This document shows, one piece after another, positions 59,570-64,000 of a stretch of DNA of 64,000 nt. How positions within the stretch are numbered: the stretch's first letter is position 1; each line of letters starts with the position of its first letter. The translations under genes and the position numbers were made by a program. The DNA comes from Amoebidium appalachense (taxonomy: Eukaryota > Protista > Ichthyosporea), in assembly GCA_963693365.1 (NCBI GenBank), contig CAVNZM010000018.1, forward strand, positions 1,633,399 to 1,697,398, written 5' to 3'. The notes below the pieces were generated by a model. The model saw nothing but the letters and a program-made list of their open reading frames with translations. It was not told where the DNA came from and did not search any database.

Positions 59570-60723
59570 CCCACATGTGCGTGACTGCATGCTAATAACA
59601 ACATGGTATCGTGAAGGAGGTATTAGCAAAACAGTATTGAATGTATTCTTTCTATCCTCTTGTAATTTTAATTCGTGAAGTCGCTTTGTGCAGAATGTCA
59701 CAAAGAGCACACCAAACAGAAGAGTACTGTATACAGGGAACGATAATCTCGCCTCTTTTCTCCTGCCTTGTTCGGCTTGTTAATCTATTGCACTATGCTA
59801 GCTTGTGTGAGTGTGTGGGAAGATGGATGTTGGATTTTTCCGGTGTACAAGCCCTTGCTGGCCGAGGGAAACAGAAAATGTGCGCCAGCACGTGTCCACC
59901 CTATGTTATCTAACCGAGCTATGTTATTGGTGCCATTTTTAATGCGGCTTTTGCTTTATGTGACACCCCCCACACACACACACACACCCACACACACACA
60001 CACACAAACAAACAACAACAAAAACAACCAACCAACCACCCCTAAACACACACACATACACCGCCACCGCCACCACATATGTACAGTATACTAAATGTGT
60101 TCAAGTATATCACGTGTACTACTTACACGGTTGATTAAATCAGACGTTTTGCTTCCTTATATAGGTAATATTCCTTATGTTTTGCTTCCTAATGTTGGTA
60201 ATATTTCCTATGTTTTGCTTCCATTTGTATATGGTTGCCACCCTCGAGTACAGTTGCATTGCAATGCGCCGTTGAAGACTACTATCCCCCCCCCCCCCCC
60301 CCCCCCCCCCCTCCAAAAAGAGAGAGAGAGAGAGAGAGAAGAAAAGAAAAAGAAAACAAGAAAAGGAAAGAAAGAAAAGAAAAGCAAAGAAACAAAGTTA
60401 AAGAGATTATCAGGGAGCTCCGGGAGGGGAGGGGGGCGGGGGGGGGGGGGGGGGGGGGGGGGGGTATTCTGTTTCAGACAAGTATAACTGGCTGTTGCAA
60501 GTATACTAGCGATCGAGCAACACCATTGCACGTGATGCAAAGTGCAAACAGTGTGCACATAAAAAGCAGGGGTGCGATCCGCCGCTGCACCTTCGAAAAA
60601 ATTCTCATATGATTGGGCGAAAAGGGGGGATGGCAGGGGGGCAAATCTTTGGGATTCGAAAAGAGAGAGAAAGCTGGAGAGATCTGGAGAGATCTAGAGA
60701 CAGATTGATCTATGATAGAGAAA

Positions 60724-60754
<31 letters not shown>

Positions 60755-60913
60755 GCCCGGAGAGTGACACATGATCCTGAATGCTATGTACGAGCGTACG
60801 GCGGAACACAATCACTGCAGGAGGAAAGAGGAAACAAACTTGTAATGAGCCCAAAATCCAAAATCAAGACGTGTGCAGTGGATATCGTCAGAGGCTGAGA
60901 CCATATCCCAGTG

Positions 60914-61105
60914 GGCCGGGGTTTACGCTGTTTACTCGAGGCAAAGAGAGACCAGTCTCAGGTATGGGGGGTTTTTGCTCGGAATATCCCCTCAGCGGTA
61001 TATCATGATCACGTACATAGATGTCGGGTGATGATTATATATCAGGGTTTACTTCTCTACGAGACACCATAAAGACTAAGAAAAATCAATTAGTTGGGGT
61101 TCCCC

Positions 61106-61143
<38 letters not shown>

Positions 61144-61173
61144 CGGGCTCCCCTGAGTCACTCGGTATCAGCT

Positions 61174-61247
<74 letters not shown>

Positions 61248-62897
61248 TAGAATTTTGTAATGATGTGTTTCTCAAGCCAATCAATACATCTAATAAACAG
61301 GTCGTAGTTACGCGTGTTTAGTATAAAATCAAGGATGTTGTAATTCTCAGGTAGGCTATCTTTCTGGGTGTCTGTTGTGAATGTGACGTGTGTGTGTTGC
61401 GGTATTATGTGGTCTATCAAACTATATTTGGTGATACATGACCGTTTAAACTGGTGTGTGTGTGTGCGTTGTTTGGGCATGCAAACGATGCCACCTTTTA
61501 CGTATTAGATCTCCACTGTATAGCACGTGTACAGTAAAAGCGTGGTATGTGATCAATAATACCATCAGCTAGAGAAAGACCAATTCTACAGGAAGGTAAT
61601 TGTATTTAGGTGTTACATATTTGCGAGTGCCATATTTGGTAATATTGTTAAGGCGGTCATTATATATAAAACGAGACATAAGGCTTAGTTTTTCAAGGTG
61701 TATGCTTTCATCGGGTCTGGTGTCGTGTGGTATCTTTTTCCATTTGTTATATTGCGTAATTATCTTGTGATTGTGTACATGTCTAATAAGTAAGTGGCAG
61801 TCCAAAGTCACACGGCACACTTTTGCGGGGTTTATTTGTATTTTTGCCCGGGGGAAAAGGATAGAGAGAGGGAAGGAAAGAGGGGAGAGGTGAGGAGGGG
61901 ACAGGTCGGATAGAGAAGAGAGGGTGAGAGGGCAAATACTTCTTTAAGCGGCTTATGTGCTAATTGAATTTCAGCGCGAGATGGGATACTCTAGCAGCTA
62001 TTGGGACCGGACCATATATCGAAAGCGCTACAGGCCCAGGTTTAGAACAGTTGTTAGATAAAAAGGAGGCAACTTCTGCTTCAAGGAAATTTGCCAAGGG
62101 TTTAAGCTCTCTAGTTCTCTCTTTCTTGATCCAAGCGGCGAGAAGGGGTAAACCATATTCACATGCCGGGAAGACAAAAGTGCGAATAAATGTAAGTCTA
62201 ATAGAAGGATGGAGGGGTGTGTATTTCAAAATATTAGCAGAGAAGAAAGCTAACCGCTTACGAGCCAGCTCTACCCTCTTTTCGACCATATGGGAAAACA
62301 TAACACCAACAGAATTAACCGGAACACCAAGATATTTGTATTCTGGGACTATAGGTACAGGTTTAGATGATAATGTAAATGTGTGTAAATTGTTAGCTAT
62401 ATCAGGTACAAGAACACCACATTTGTCTATGTTAAGGATCATAAGGTTTGCCTTGCACCACTCTGACACTACATCGAACAATCTTTGCAGGCGTCTAGGG
62501 GTACGGGCAAGGAGGGACAGATCATCAGCATAGAGAAGTGCAGGCGGAAAGTTAAATTATTAATAGGGTCATCATTTTCGGCATAAATCTTGACAGCCAA
62601 ATCATCTATAAATAGATTAAACAAAAAGGGGCTAAGCAATGAACCCTGCAAGAGACCTCTAGTACGAGCAAAACCATATGAAAGATGCCCATTAACCACA
62701 GCTCTACCATAGGTTTGAGACAAGAGTGCTTCTAACAGAACACCAATGCAGTGTGGTACACCCCGTGCAGCAAGCTTTTCCCATAGGAGACCAGGGAAGA
62801 CAGAATCGTAAGCAGTTTTCCAATCAATAAAACCAACATATCGTGCACCAACTTGCATAGAATCGTGCAGTGCCATTATTTGAACATAACATGAATT
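60914..62897 (-). mobile_element. 5'-truncated non-LTR retrotransposon, copy 2, with an 11-bp target-site duplication
   Basis: Colinear with 30097-32048; has an extra frameshift near 62555 and lesions in the C-terminal ORF; flanked by atatcccagtg (60903-60913) and atatcccaatg (62898-62908). Confidence 0.9.
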
Positions 62898-63433
62898 ATA
62901 TCCCAATGAAAACACACCTTTGAACGTATATATTTTATTGATAAAGTGAAAGGCACTGGTTCCGGCCCAACACCCACCGCTGGCCAGCTCTGTCATCATT
63001 CAAAAACCCGACAACCAAAAAAGCTAGAAATTTCGAGATGTGGGGACAGAAACAGAAAAAACGGGGGAAATTATAACATTTCCAATGCATATCACTGATG
63101 TGCATGCGTTTGTATGACTAAACGGCATCTACATACCATTGGCATAATACTAGGATTTGGGAATTTTTATTAGTAATGAAAAATGCACTAGGTACATGTG
63201 TGTGTATGTGTGTGTCTGTGTGTTCATGTGTGTGCGCGCGCGCAGGTACGCGCCCGCGAGTCTATGTGTTGTAAGTGCAAATGTGCGATCACGTGAGCAT
63301 AGTCGACTAGGTGAGCACGCACCACGTTTGTTCCTCGATCAAGTGCAAAAACTATGCTATCTTTACACAGGGTCCCCCAATAGAGACCCTTTTCCTATTG
63401 GAGGAATATCACGTCTGCAGAAGTATTTGTGGC

Positions 63434-63523
63434 TCACTTTTGGCGCTTGAAGATTTTCTTTGCAAAGTCCATAAAAACGGCCTCAGGGATGGAGCCGGCC
63501 TCCTTCTTGATGAGGTCCAAAAG
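63434..63523 (-). CDS. Probable exon of a gene entering from the right edge, product unknown
   Basis: tacag acceptor after a (CA/GTAC)n tract; [29 protein letters not shown] with coding-like GC3; ends in TGA or a gtgagc donor. Confidence 0.5.
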   Translation of the reverse strand, partial: LLDLIKKEAGSIPEAVFMDFAKKIFKRQK

Positions 63524-64000
63524 CTGTACGTGTACGTGTACATGTGTGTGTGTACGTGTGTGTGTACGTGTACGTGTGTGTGTGTACGTGTCTGTACGTG
63601 TGTACGTGTGTGTGTACGTGTGTGTGTGTACGTGTGTGTGTGTGTACGTGTGTGTGTACGTGTGTGTGTGTACGTGTGTGTGTGTGTGCGCGTGCGCACG
63701 CGCTTTCATGTGGTGTGAGTGAGTATGGGAGTGAGTGAGCGAGTGAGTGTCCGCCTGTGTGTGTGCCCATGGGTGCACGTGTTTGCATTCATGTGCACGT
63801 ACGTATGATTATGTTGGGGCAAAAAAAAAAAAAAAAAAAAAAAAAAGGCAGAGATATTTTGAAATTAAGGAAAATAACCATACCATGCGAAGTATTCCCA
63901 TCTCTCTCCACATATACACATATGCACCCTTTCTTCTCCCCCCCACCCCCCCTCCCCCCAGAGACACACACACACACACACACACACCCTCTCTTCCCCT

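Overview
Eukaryotic genomic DNA (standard code, GT-AG introns; lineage not determinable from this window) that is saturated with poly-G/poly-C, (CA/TG)n and (GA/TC)n tracts, so most of the supplied ORF track is artefact. Hand-splicing recovers three multi-exon genes: a secreted PLC-like phosphodiesterase (minus, 3'-partial), a 10-exon signal-peptide + CHAD-like + TM + GYEFL protein (plus, head-to-head with the first), and a 13-exon CCT6/zeta chaperonin gene (minus). Intronless genes encode a class-C-like 7TM protein, an FSH1/OVCA2 serine hydrolase and ATP11. Mobile DNA includes two 5'-truncated copies of one non-LTR RT element, a spliced and decayed Zisupton/KDZ-like relic, and two MITE-like inverted repeats. 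The most striking unexplained signals are: (1) about 20 intronic copies of related short elements with a fixed end on a poly(C) run, all sense to their host gene, whose core is a covarying RNA rod carrying hammerhead core motifs (GUU, GAAAC, CUGANGA) in non-circularly permuted order; (2) repeated diverged 'echoes' of exon edges inside adjacent introns. All family calls come from motif recognition by eye, not from database searches.
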